DNA of 64,000 nucleotides from Thermoplasmatota archaeon. Its GTDB lineage: Archaea > Thermoplasmatota > E2 > JACPAO01 > JAHFTW01. Within the stretch, counting starts at the first letter, position 1. The number at the start of each line of letters is the position of its first letter. Of this stretch, positions 54,733 through 64,000 are shown one piece after another. The position numbers and the translations under genes were made by a program. Location of the stretch: positions 11,457 to 75,456 of the forward strand of contig JBMYRW010000003.1 in the NCBI GenBank assembly GCA_049602735.1. The letters run 5' to 3'. Under the pieces are notes generated by a model. That model worked only from the letters and a program-made list of their open reading frames with translations. It did not search any database and was not told where the DNA came from.

Positions 54733-55407
54733 GTGCTCAGGCAGGGGCTTCGATGGCGGCTCGGCGGCATCCGCACGCACCTCGTCATCGCAGCGCGGAA
54801 CGTGCGCCGCCCCGCCACGGCGCTCCAGGTGCTGGCCCGAGCCGCCCGCCGCCCGACGGTCAACGGGCGGTGGCGTTTGCAACGCTTCGGCAAGGAGGCC
54901 CTGCGGGAGGTGGTCGCCGCGGCGGATGCGGCAGGCGCGCCGGTGTTCGTGGTCTACGGGACCCTCCTGGGGTGGATCCGTGACGGTCGGCTGATCCCCC
55001 ATGACGACGACCTGGACCTGGCGCTCCTCGATGACGACTGGCACAACGCCAAGGCGCTGGCGGACCATCTGGCCGCCAGCGGGTGGCGCGTGACCTGGTT
55101 CGGTGACGACGAGGTGCGGTTCACGCACGCACGCCATGGCTGCGTGCCTGTCGACGTCTTCCGGTTCAGGGGCGTCGGGGACCATTGGGAGGGGCGTGCC
55201 TACTCCGACAAGGGCACGACGTTGCACCGCTACCGCTTCCCGCGCCATGCGGTCACCCCCCTCGCGGAGGGTCAAGTGCATGGCGTCAAGGTCCGCACGC
55301 CCAACGACCCCGAAGCGTTCCTGGAGGCCCATTACGGACCGGATTGGCGCACGCCCCAGGACGACTGGGACTATCGCACGGACGCGGCCAGCAGCCAGGA
55401 CGGCTGA
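54733..55407 (+). CDS. LicD-family phosphotransferase
   Basis: YGTLLGWIRDGRLIPHDDDLD, VDVF, L...YG.DWRTP. Confidence 0.88.
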   Translation: MLRQGLRWRLGGIRTHLVIAARNVRRPATALQVLARAARRPTVNGRWRLQRFGKEALREVVAAADAAGAPVFVVYGTLLGWIRDGRLIPHDDDLDLALLDDDWHNAKALADHLAASGWRVTWFGDDEVRFTHARHGCVPVDVFRFRGVGDHWEGRAYSDKGTTLHRYRFPRHAVTPLAEGQVHGVKVRTPNDPEAFLEAHYGPDWRTPQDDWDYRTDAASSQDG

Positions 55408-55437
55408 AGCGGCGACCCGCTCCAGCGAGGGTCGCAC

Positions 55438-56442
55438 TCAGCGTTGCAGGAAGGTGTAGAGGTCATTGAACGCCTCCACGCGGCCGGCGCGGACATCCGC
55501 GCGGCGCCGTCGCAGCACGCGTCTGACCTGCCGGTACACGTTCCTGTAGTCGGAGGCGCGCTCGGGGTAGAGTTGGCTGTAGTAGAGCACGTTGCCGATG
55601 CCGCCCCACCAGAGCTTGAACGCCCGCAGCGGGCCCAATCGACCCACGTTGCCGCCCCCGCGCCCACCGGCATGGCGATGGGTGAGCACGGCGCGGTGGG
55701 CGAGGCGCATGCGGAACACGTCCAACGGGGGCAGCCGCCCGTCGTCGGTCATGCCGTGTCGCAGGACCGCCTCGCCCGTCATCCAGAACGTGCCGCCGAG
55801 CGTCGCTCGGGCGCGGAGACTGAAGTCCAGGTCCTCGCCGTAGCCGTACCGCTCCATGGCGCCATCGAACGACACGGCGGCCAAGGTCCGCCGCGGCACC
55901 GTCATGTTGCAGCCATACAGCCAATCGACAGCTTGGTCGCCGCGGGGCCTCTGGACAGGGTACTGCACCCGGATCGGAAGGTGCAGGCGGCAACGGCGAC
56001 GCGTGGCGCTGCTGATGCCCAAGAGCGCCGTCGCCCGGTTCTTCCACCAGGTGCCACGTGGATAGTCGGCCACCCACCCCATGTAGCCCAGGGCGCCCGG
56101 ACGCCGCCGGGTCAGCGCAGCCAGCTGTTCGAGGTGGTCCGGCTCGATGCGCACGTCGCTATCGAAGAAGGTCACCAGGTCCTCGTCGTCGTCGCCCGCC
56201 GCTAGGAGGTGCTCGCGGGCGAGATTGCGGGCGCGCGTCAGGCTGGGGCGCCCGCCGGGACGCAGGAAGGTCACGGGGAGCCCATCGAACGCCTTGGCGA
56301 CCGCCTCGACGGAGCCGTCCGGCGTATCATCCACCACCACGACCTCGTCGGGCGGCCTCGTCTGTGCCGCCAGGTCACCAAGGAGCACCTTCACGTCGTC
56401 GGCGCGGGCGTAGGTGGCCAGGACGACGAAATGGCGGGGCAC
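55438..56442 (-). CDS. GT2 glycosyltransferase
   Basis: ATYAR, VVVDD, ARN, FFDSD, GCNM, GEDLDFS; start GTG 56442 or TTG 56502. Confidence 0.88.
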   Translation of the reverse strand: MPRHFVVLATYARADDVKVLLGDLAAQTRPPDEVVVVDDTPDGSVEAVAKAFDGLPVTFLRPGGRPSLTRARNLAREHLLAAGDDDEDLVTFFDSDVRIEPDHLEQLAALTRRRPGALGYMGWVADYPRGTWWKNRATALLGISSATRRRCRLHLPIRVQYPVQRPRGDQAVDWLYGCNMTVPRRTLAAVSFDGAMERYGYGEDLDFSLRARATLGGTFWMTGEAVLRHGMTDDGRLPPLDVFRMRLAHRAVLTHRHAGGRGGGNVGRLGPLRAFKLWWGGIGNVLYYSQLYPERASDYRNVYRQVRRVLRRRRADVRAGRVEAFNDLYTFLQR

Positions 56443-56498
56443 GCGGCGGCCAGCCGGGTCGCCATGATGGAGGCTTCGACGCCCGCCGGTCCGCCGGC

Positions 56499-57767
56499 TC
56501 AATGGATGACGAACTCGTCGCCCCGCATCGGCATGTGGACGTTGGCGAAGTCGGACAGGTCCGGCTCCAGGGCCTCACGATTGTCGCCGTGGAAGAGCAC
56601 GATGTCCTCGGCGCCCGTCGCCTTGGCGAACTTCACCAGGTCCTCGTGGCCGGCGTGGGCGCTGAAGTCGAAGTGGCGGACCTCGCAGTGGATCGGGTAG
56701 ACCTTGCGGCCAGGGTCCCGCATATCAACATCCAGGACACCTTCGTCCATGAGGCGGCGACCGTTGGTGCCCTTCACCTGGTAGCCCGTGACGGCGATGG
56801 CGCTCTTCTTGTCGTTGCGCAGCTGGTCCGCGTAGTAGAGGATCGGACCACCTTCGAGCATGCCACTCGTGGTGATGATGACGTCCGCCTCCTTGAGCGC
56901 CGTCGCCCGGGTCCGGTGACTGCGGACATATTTCACCTGCCGCATGGCGCGCTGGTACGCCCGCGCATCGCCGAGGTACTCCGGGTGGCGGCCGTAGATC
57001 GTGGCGATCTTGCGGGCCATGCCGTCCATCCAGACCGTGAGGCCAGAATGGGCGAGCACCATGGCGAGCTCCTGCGCACGTCCCACGGCGAACGCCGCCG
57101 CGATGGTCGTCCCACCGCGGTCGGCCACGTCCTGACAGAACGCGATGAAGTCCTTCTCCGTCTGCTGGCGGTCCGGGTGCTCCCGTCCGGCGTACGTGGT
57201 CTCCATGCAGAGCACGTCGCACTTGACCGGACGGCCCGCGCCGACCAGGTTCTGGGGCCGCGTGTAGAGGTCGCCCGTGAACACCATGGCGCTGCTGTCG
57301 CCACGGAGCTCCACCTGCGCCGCGCCAGGGATGTGGCCGGCGGAATGGAAGCGCGCCGACATGCCGCCCACCTGTCGCGGGTAACGGAAGTCCACGTCCT
57401 CGTAGCGCCGCTGCGACTCTGAGATGTCGTGGTCGTCGAACGGCTCCGGGTACCCCTCCGACCGGGCGATCTTCAGGGAGTCATGGTGCATCAGCGTGGA
57501 GACCTCCGCCGTCACGGGGGTCGTCATGACCGTCGCCTCCGTGTGGGCGGAGAGCCACGGCACCATGCCGCTGTGGTCCATGTGCGCGTGCGTCAGGAAC
57601 GCCTGATCGATGGACGGCGCCGGCAGCGGGTACTCCGGCGGCCGCTCCGGGGCGATGCCGTAATCGAACAGGTAGCGACTGCCATGGCTCTCGACGACGA
57701 AGCCCAGGCGGCCGATGTCCTCGGCGGCACCTAGGAAGCGGCAGCGGAAGGTCACAGGCCCCCGCAC
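56499..57767 (-). CDS. MBL-fold beta-CASP ribonuclease (aCPSF2-like, no KH domains)
   Basis: LTHAHMDHSG, AGHIPG, TGD, FAVGRAQE, SGMLEGG, FSAH. Confidence 0.9.
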   Translation of the reverse strand: MRGPVTFRCRFLGAAEDIGRLGFVVESHGSRYLFDYGIAPERPPEYPLPAPSIDQAFLTHAHMDHSGMVPWLSAHTEATVMTTPVTAEVSTLMHHDSLKIARSEGYPEPFDDHDISESQRRYEDVDFRYPRQVGGMSARFHSAGHIPGAAQVELRGDSSAMVFTGDLYTRPQNLVGAGRPVKCDVLCMETTYAGREHPDRQQTEKDFIAFCQDVADRGGTTIAAAFAVGRAQELAMVLAHSGLTVWMDGMARKIATIYGRHPEYLGDARAYQRAMRQVKYVRSHRTRATALKEADVIITTSGMLEGGPILYYADQLRNDKKSAIAVTGYQVKGTNGRRLMDEGVLDVDMRDPGRKVYPIHCEVRHFDFSAHAGHEDLVKFAKATGAEDIVLFHGDNREALEPDLSDFANVHMPMRGDEFVIH

Positions 57768-57785
57768 CCTGGCCTCGGCAAGAGG

Positions 57786-60155
57786 CTACCGGAACCGGGC
57801 GCGACGACGGGCCGCCACGCCAAGGGCCGCCAACAAGGCCAACAGGCCGACGACGGGTAGGCCGGGGCTCTCCTCATCCTCGTCCTTGGTCGCCGGCAAC
57901 TGGATCGTGATCGTCGCGTCCGTCGGGTCCCAGCAGAGCTCCCGCTCCACGTCCTCCAGGGTCACGTTGAAGATGAACACCGTGCCGCGGCAGGCGGGCG
58001 TGAACCGTTCCGCGAGATCCAGGTCATAGACCACTTCATCGTCCTCGTCCGACAGGTCCACCGCCGAGACCGGCAACCCCAGGCCATCCACGCGGATGTA
58101 GAAACTGCCCAAATGCACGCCGTCGGCATCCGTGACGTTGACGCGTCCGAGGAAGACCTCGAAGTCGAGCGTGTCGTCCTGGTCCGTGTCGTTGAGTTCG
58201 ATCACGCGCTCACCCGGGACCACGGTCGCCGTGACGGTATGGCGACCCGGTGCGAACGTGGAGCCCTGCGTCACCGACACGTTACCCTCCAGGGGCAGCA
58301 CCCGGTTCAGGATGGCGCGGTAGTTGCCGCTCGCGAACGTGATGTTGGCCGGGATCGGCACCAGCCCGCCTTCCTGGGACGCGTTCGCGGTGAATGTCAC
58401 CACGTCGCCCGGCAAGGGGTACGCAGGACCGCCCCGCTCCAGGGCAAGAAGCTTGGTGTCCGCCGTCAACGGCTGCACGTCGATCTGGATGACATCGATG
58501 ACACGGTTGCCCACGGAGTCCTCGACGCGCAACAGCAACGGCACGCGGCCCTCGGCATCGGCGACAAGGACGAACTGGTGCAGCTTGGACGCCGTCGAGA
58601 CGTCGCGCTGCTCCGTGTCGTTGAAGCTGATCTCCACGTCGTAAGGGGACTGCTCCAGGACGCTGATGTTGGCGACGAAGGGGATGCCGCGGAACACGTG
58701 CTCCGGCAGCTCCACCTCCACCTCCGGTAGCGTCTCGTCCGAGATGAGCGGGATCGTGAACGTGCTCAGAGCCGGGTCGCTGGGGCCCGCGACGGGGTTG
58801 GCGCGGTCGTAGGCACGGATGACCAGATCGAGGACCCCTTCGAGGCCCAACAGGTCATGATCGATCGTGTAGGGGGCCGGCAGGACGCGTTCCACGCTGC
58901 GGCTGCCCTCTCGTTCCAGTTGGAACGTCACCTTTTGGACCTGCGGCCACCGGTTGTCCTGGGCGAGCACCATGTCGAGGCGCTTGCCCGGCCCGAGCAG
59001 CTGCCGGGGCGAGGACTGGGCGTTCTCGAAGCCCGCCAAGGCCACATCCAACGGGATGCTGGTGCCTTGTGCGGTCACCACGAGGTCGCGGTACGTCAGG
59101 ACATCCAGCACGTGGCGCCCGTCAAGCCGGGTCGCAAAGAACGTGAGATTCCAGGCACCGGCCGTGAGGTCCGGTAGGTCGACGGGGATGTCGGCCGTGA
59201 AGCGGTCGAGGGCGGGCTCATGATCCAGGATCACGTCCACCTTCTGGCCGCGGTCGCCGGCGAAGCGCACGAACACGAGGATGTCCGGATTGCCGGCGTA
59301 GCGGCTGCTGCGGGCTTCCAAGAGCGTGCGGATGCTCGTCTCGTTCGCCTCGACGCGCAGCTCCTGCCCGGAATGCTCCAGCAGGTCGATGCAGTCCACA
59401 GGCTCATTATCCAGCGTGAAGCTCAGGTGCTCATCCGAGGCCAAGACCGGCGTCTCCGGGCATTCCAGTTCCTCGACGGGCGTCGGCGGATCGTCGCCAG
59501 GCTCCGGGTCCGGATCCGGGTCCGGATCGGGGTCCGGCGTCACGATGGTTTCCTTGGGGGATGCCGTGACCACGATGTTGTCCACGAACCAGCCGCGAAG
59601 GTTCGGGCTCGTCGTAAGAGGATCCGAAAAGAACCTGAAGACGAGCTGAACGACCTCGCCCTCAAAGGCTGCCAGGTCGTCCGCATCGGCGATCTCTTGT
59701 GCCGTATAGTCCGCCAGCGAGCCCAAATGCACGGCGAGAAGCGTGAACGTGGTTTCTCCTTCCAAGCGGACCCCCACCTCAAGGCGGTCAGGGGACCCCG
59801 ACGAACCCGTGATGTTGTACGCGATGGAGAGCAGCTTGCGCCCGGTCAGGTCGAGCAGCGGCGAGATCATGGAGATGTCCGCGTTGGGCCCGTAGGCGGT
59901 CTCGCCTTCGGCTTCCTGGCTCAGACCGACCCGCTTGGCAGCGTCGTCGCCGTCGCCATTGCTGGTGTCACGCCACAGGGTCTGGGTCCGCCCCTGCTGG
60001 GCGGGGCTCGCGGGAGCCAGCTCGTACGTCCACCCTTCGTCGTCCTGCCAGTCCTCGACGAAGATCACCTCGCTTGCCGCCTGGCCCGTGGTCGGCATGA
60101 CCAGGAGCGGTGCCGCGAGCAAGAGGGCCGTCACGGCGAGCACGCGGGTCCGCAC
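57786..60155 (-). CDS. Large secreted multidomain surface protein with a C-terminal sorting signal
   Basis: GGAGG upstream of GTG; signal peptide; jelly-roll motif ISP.LDL...FRF.SD...GW.VDNI; (PD)n linker; tail EESPGLPVVGLLALLAALGVAARRRARFR. Confidence 0.8.
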   Translation of the reverse strand: MRTRVLAVTALLLAAPLLVMPTTGQAASEVIFVEDWQDDEGWTYELAPASPAQQGRTQTLWRDTSNGDGDDAAKRVGLSQEAEGETAYGPNADISMISPLLDLTGRKLLSIAYNITGSSGSPDRLEVGVRLEGETTFTLLAVHLGSLADYTAQEIADADDLAAFEGEVVQLVFRFFSDPLTTSPNLRGWFVDNIVVTASPKETIVTPDPDPDPDPDPEPGDDPPTPVEELECPETPVLASDEHLSFTLDNEPVDCIDLLEHSGQELRVEANETSIRTLLEARSSRYAGNPDILVFVRFAGDRGQKVDVILDHEPALDRFTADIPVDLPDLTAGAWNLTFFATRLDGRHVLDVLTYRDLVVTAQGTSIPLDVALAGFENAQSSPRQLLGPGKRLDMVLAQDNRWPQVQKVTFQLEREGSRSVERVLPAPYTIDHDLLGLEGVLDLVIRAYDRANPVAGPSDPALSTFTIPLISDETLPEVEVELPEHVFRGIPFVANISVLEQSPYDVEISFNDTEQRDVSTASKLHQFVLVADAEGRVPLLLRVEDSVGNRVIDVIQIDVQPLTADTKLLALERGGPAYPLPGDVVTFTANASQEGGLVPIPANITFASGNYRAILNRVLPLEGNVSVTQGSTFAPGRHTVTATVVPGERVIELNDTDQDDTLDFEVFLGRVNVTDADGVHLGSFYIRVDGLGLPVSAVDLSDEDDEVVYDLDLAERFTPACRGTVFIFNVTLEDVERELCWDPTDATITIQLPATKDEDEESPGLPVVGLLALLAALGVAARRRARFR

Positions 60156-60157
60156 GT

Positions 60158-63100
60158 CTACCGCCTCCGGGTCACCGCCACAAGGACGACGAACAGGACC
60201 GTCACCAAGGCGAAGAGGACCAGGACCCACCAGTACTTGACCAGGTTCTCAAGGAACAGTTCGTCCTGATCGATGACGCCGGCCTCCTGTTCGACAGGGT
60301 CGTAGTAGCTCTCCACGCCGCCCTTGCCGTCGTAGTCGTACGTCCAATCATCCACGCCGTCGCCGGTGACATCCCGCAGTACGATGGGGATGCACGTGCC
60401 GGGCGTGATGACCGCGGGCAGGTTGGTGCCGCGAGGGATGAAGCAATTGGGGCCACGACCGTCGAAGGTGTACACCTCGTCCAGGACGCCGTCGCCGTCC
60501 ACGTCCGCCAATTGGAGGCTCACGATGCGGCCGCGCTCGGCGTAGATGACGGGCTCACCGGTGTCGGCCTCGCCGTCGCCATCCAGGTCGACCACGTAGT
60601 CGAAGATGCCGTCATCGTTGAGGTCGATGGGCAACAGGTCGCCGAACTCGCCCGTGGTGACGTCGAAGAACGCATCCAGGCGGCCGGATTGTCGACTGAA
60701 ATCGAACGATCCGTCTGCCCGGAGGCCATCGCCATCGAGGTCGATGAAGTAGTCGAGCACGCCATCGCCGGTGACGTCCTTGGGCAGCGCCACGGGGACA
60801 CCTTGCCAGTACGCCACGTTGAGGTCCTGCAGAACGAAGCCGGTGGGGTCCGGGTCCATGTACGTGTCGGGAAGTTCGTCACCGATGGTGTCCAAGAGCA
60901 GGTCCGCGCGGCCATCGTCGTCACCATCCAGGTCGTAGACGAACAACTCCACCTCCGAGTCGTCCGCCTGCACGATCGTGCGGGTCTTGGCGTCGCGGCC
61001 GGCATCGGTCAGGAACCGAGCCAACAGGGGCTCGCCGGACGCGGTGGGACAGGAGAGGCACACGGTCTGGATGCCTGCGCCACCGCCGGCCTCGCGGAAG
61101 TCCTCGAAGCCGTCGTCCAGGTCATCGTTGGCGTCCACGACGAACTCGTTGACGCCATCACGGTCCACGTCGTGGCTCACGAAGTTCAGGATGCGCGCGG
61201 CCAGGGCCAGCGACGAGGCGAAGCCGTTCTCCTGGAGCACCGGGTCCGTCGAGTTGGCACGCACCGTCACCGGGACCAGGTCCTCGCCGCGGGCGCTACC
61301 AGGCAGGTCGAAGCTGACCGTCCTCTCGATGGTGGCATTGGGCAGCAATTCGACGATGACCGGGTCGTTGAACTCGGGCAGCACGCCGTTGGCGTGGACC
61401 ACCGAAGGGATGCCCGTCAGCTCCACGGCCTTCAGGGGCAGCGTGCCGTTGTTGCGCAGGCTCAGGGTGTAGGTGACCGTCTCCTCCGGGGCGCCGAGGG
61501 CCTCGTCAGGGACCGCACTCATCTCGAGCACGTGGCTCCCCAGGCTCGCCTGGATGCCCACGCTGTCACCCCGGGTCGGTTCAGCAAGGCTCGAAGCGAA
61601 CACCTGGAGACTGACCAGGTCGCCAGGCGCAGGGCCGCCAGCAGGGGCGTCCTCACGCGAAGGCGCATGGATGTTGACGATGGCGTCACGGGATTCGAGC
61701 GGACCCAGAGGAATGGCCGGCGGATCGACGGTGGCGAACCACCCGGCGGGGAGGCCGACCACGTTGTCCTCCACGAGGATCGTGTCGTCGGTGAGGCCGG
61801 TGTTGGTCACCTCGATGGTGAAGCCCGCCTGGCTGCCAGGCGCCAGGAGTTTGAACGACTCCTCGGGCGTGGCAAGGCTGACACCGTACACCGAGGCCAG
61901 GTTGATGATGAGGTCCGTGTAGGCGACCTGGCCACCGGCCTCCGCGCGGAAGCGCAGGGGCAGGCGGCTGATACCCAACGCGTCGGCCGGGCTCTGTACG
62001 GTGAACATGATCTCGGCGAGGTTGTCCACGATGGGGACCGCCTCGTGGCTTGTCGGCGTGATGCTCCAGCCGTCAGGCAGGCCGCCCTCGGCGAAGACGT
62101 CCACTTCCGTGGCACCCGTGGTGTCGGTGACAACGAGCTTCACGTCGACCGATTCACCGGCGCGCACCAGGTTGCCGACAGGGTCGCCCAGGATGGCGAA
62201 GTTCTCCGGCGCCTCCACGGCGGTGCCGAAGAGGCTGATCACCTGACTGGCCTGGTTGCCGGCGCTCTGCACGAACACCTGGAAGTTGACCGCCTGGCCG
62301 ACCGTGGCGCTCTCCGGGGCCTTGACCTCAAGGAAGCCGTGGGCTTCACGGAGTCCGGGCACGAAGAGGCTGCTGCGGCTGAGCTGTGGCATCCAGGCGT
62401 CCACCGTGGCGACGTTGCCAGGGTTGATCGTGCGGAGGCTGAACGTGTCGCCCGCCGTGCCGGTGTTGGCGATCGTGAAGGGAATGAGCGCCGTTTCACC
62501 GATGGGCACGTCCACGGAGCCGTGGTCGGTGCCGGTCTCGAAGTCTAGCAGGCCGGCCACACGGGTGGTCAGGCGCTGCGAAGCGACGATGGGGCCTTCG
62601 AAGCCGTTGACAGCGGCTTCGACGCTGAAGCCGTGGCGTGTTCCGATCGGGACGTTCGGAGGCGGCGTGATGATCACGTCGAACACCATTTCGTCGTGGG
62701 AGCCCACCGCCGTGCATGAGTGAGACAAGGAGGTCTGCAACGTACACGGGATCTCAGGCGGCACCGTGCTGTTGAGCACGATCTCATGGGTCCACCCTTC
62801 GTAGCCCGGATCCACGCGGATCGTCATGGCGCCGAGGTCGTTGCCCTGGCTGGTGGCCCGCATGCGGTAGGTCGCCGTGCCGCCGGGTTGGATGAACTGC
62901 ACGTCTTCGACCTGCGGTTCAAACTCCAGGTCCACGTTGTGGACGGCACCCGTGTAGCGGTTCTCGCCCAGCTTTTCGCCTGCGCTGGTCCTTTCGAGGC
63001 TGATGACGGAACTGCTGGCCACGGTCGGGTCGTTCTGGCTGCGCACATGGACCTCGAAGGCACCGTTGGGAGAGGCGTCCTGGTTGCCACCGTGTCCTGT

Positions 63101-64000
63101 CCCCGTGCAGACGTCATCGCCGATCGTATAGCCGCCGGAGGTCACGTAGCCATCATCGGCGTAGCCGATCTCGATGTGCGTGATCGCGACCTCGCCAGGG
63201 GCCAAGGTGAACGAATCAAGTTCGTAGGTGCCCGCAAAGGCCAGGTCCACGCTCGAGCTGAGGCCCGCACCGCTGCCGTAGACAGGGCGGAGGGGAACGC
63301 TTCCCGTCGCAGGGTAAGAGAAACCCCAGCCATCGGGCACACCGTCACGGAGACCGGGGCCTTCGCCGGCGCAACGGGTGCGGTCCTGGCCGCTGGCGAT
63401 CGCCCAATTGCCCACCATGGTGAACGTGTCGGTGCGATCACCGTCGTTGCTGATCACGATCCGTTGCACGACCGTCTGATCATCGGCGTTGTCTTCGTCG
63501 TAGAGGCTGGCGTAGTCGGGGACACCCGTGCCGATGAAGTCGCCCTCCGTGCACTGGACCGTCGTATCGACACCGGTCTTGCACACAGGAGCACCCGGCC
63601 CACGAAGCGCATGTTGGCCATCATCCTTCAGGAGAACGGTCAGAGCATCGACGATCTGGACCACCACAGGAAGGATGAGCTGGTCCGCCACGGACGCGTC
63701 GCCGACCCGTTCCGCCGTGAACGCCGCGATGCACGTGGTGCCCGGCAAGGTGTCGACGGGGGCGAAGATCGTGACCGCCAGGTCCTGACGGCTGCTGCTG
63801 GGCAGGGACAGACTCGGAGGCGTCGCGCGGAGGCTCCAGTCCTCACAGTTGCTGCCCAGGTCGTCGCTGCTCAGCGTAGCACCGATGACGTAGCCGGAGC
63901 GCGCGAAGCCCGTGTTCCGGACGGTGAGGGCGAAGGCCTTCTCCTGTGCCGGGCGGATCTCCAGCTGCGGCAGCACCGAAGTGATCTCCACGCCGGGCAC
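60158..64000 (-). CDS. Very large surface protein (5' end outside window) with NEW3/CARDB-like Ig repeats, DxDxDG Ca-binding motifs and a C-terminal TM
   Basis: Repeated N.G...D and LP.GW units; many DxDxDG motifs; tail YWWVLVLFALVTVLFVVLVAVTRRR. Confidence 0.85.
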   Translation of the reverse strand: MPGVEITSVLPQLEIRPAQEKAFALTVRNTGFARSGYVIGATLSSDDLGSNCEDWSLRATPPSLSLPSSSRQDLAVTIFAPVDTLPGTTCIAAFTAERVGDASVADQLILPVVVQIVDALTVLLKDDGQHALRGPGAPVCKTGVDTTVQCTEGDFIGTGVPDYASLYDEDNADDQTVVQRIVISNDGDRTDTFTMVGNWAIASGQDRTRCAGEGPGLRDGVPDGWGFSYPATGSVPLRPVYGSGAGLSSSVDLAFAGTYELDSFTLAPGEVAITHIEIGYADDGYVTSGGYTIGDDVCTGTGHGGNQDASPNGAFEVHVRSQNDPTVASSSVISLERTSAGEKLGENRYTGAVHNVDLEFEPQVEDVQFIQPGGTATYRMRATSQGNDLGAMTIRVDPGYEGWTHEIVLNSTVPPEIPCTLQTSLSHSCTAVGSHDEMVFDVIITPPPNVPIGTRHGFSVEAAVNGFEGPIVASQRLTTRVAGLLDFETGTDHGSVDVPIGETALIPFTIANTGTAGDTFSLRTINPGNVATVDAWMPQLSRSSLFVPGLREAHGFLEVKAPESATVGQAVNFQVFVQSAGNQASQVISLFGTAVEAPENFAILGDPVGNLVRAGESVDVKLVVTDTTGATEVDVFAEGGLPDGWSITPTSHEAVPIVDNLAEIMFTVQSPADALGISRLPLRFRAEAGGQVAYTDLIINLASVYGVSLATPEESFKLLAPGSQAGFTIEVTNTGLTDDTILVEDNVVGLPAGWFATVDPPAIPLGPLESRDAIVNIHAPSREDAPAGGPAPGDLVSLQVFASSLAEPTRGDSVGIQASLGSHVLEMSAVPDEALGAPEETVTYTLSLRNNGTLPLKAVELTGIPSVVHANGVLPEFNDPVIVELLPNATIERTVSFDLPGSARGEDLVPVTVRANSTDPVLQENGFASSLALAARILNFVSHDVDRDGVNEFVVDANDDLDDGFEDFREAGGGAGIQTVCLSCPTASGEPLLARFLTDAGRDAKTRTIVQADDSEVELFVYDLDGDDDGRADLLLDTIGDELPDTYMDPDPTGFVLQDLNVAYWQGVPVALPKDVTGDGVLDYFIDLDGDGLRADGSFDFSRQSGRLDAFFDVTTGEFGDLLPIDLNDDGIFDYVVDLDGDGEADTGEPVIYAERGRIVSLQLADVDGDGVLDEVYTFDGRGPNCFIPRGTNLPAVITPGTCIPIVLRDVTGDGVDDWTYDYDGKGGVESYYDPVEQEAGVIDQDELFLENLVKYWWVLVLFALVTVLFVVLVAVTRRR

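Noticed and set aside
59499-59540. CCGG(G/A)T tandem repeat
   Set aside because: It encodes the (PD)n linker of the surface protein

Overview
High-GC (roughly 70% by eye) archaeal chromosome segment. Archaeal markers include Dph2, TFE, Trm56, CTP-dependent RibK, a beta-CASP nuclease, archaeosortase and TATA-like boxes about 30 nt upstream of start codons; a Thermoplasmatota-like lineage is inferred, not proven. Contents: a complete trp operon (E-G-D-x-CF-DUF368-x-B-A) extended by egtB, with paired TGTACA-like boxes before trpE and trpB; a secreted protein-arginine deiminase; bacterial-type acyl-lipid enzymes (acyltransferase, lipase, desaturase); an archaeosortase gene followed, past a low-GC TIGR02391 insert, by psd and pssA, plus at least four surface proteins with an [ED]-S-P-[GL]/TM/Arg C-terminal sorting signal; a 2-oxoacid:ferredoxin oxidoreductase; an Hjc-like nuclease overlapping an Smr-less MutS5-type ATPase; a glycan locus (GT2s, flippase, cytidylyltransferase, CDP-alcohol transferase, LicD, sulfotransferases) around two tRNA-Thr genes; and large surface proteins. 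No CRISPR array, transposase or integrase was seen. Best leads: the artA-psd-pssA cluster with its variant sorting motif, the Hjc-MutS5 pair, the archaeal PAD, egtB inside the trp operon, and a structured RNA candidate at 24654-24783. All assignments come from motif recognition by eye, without database searches.
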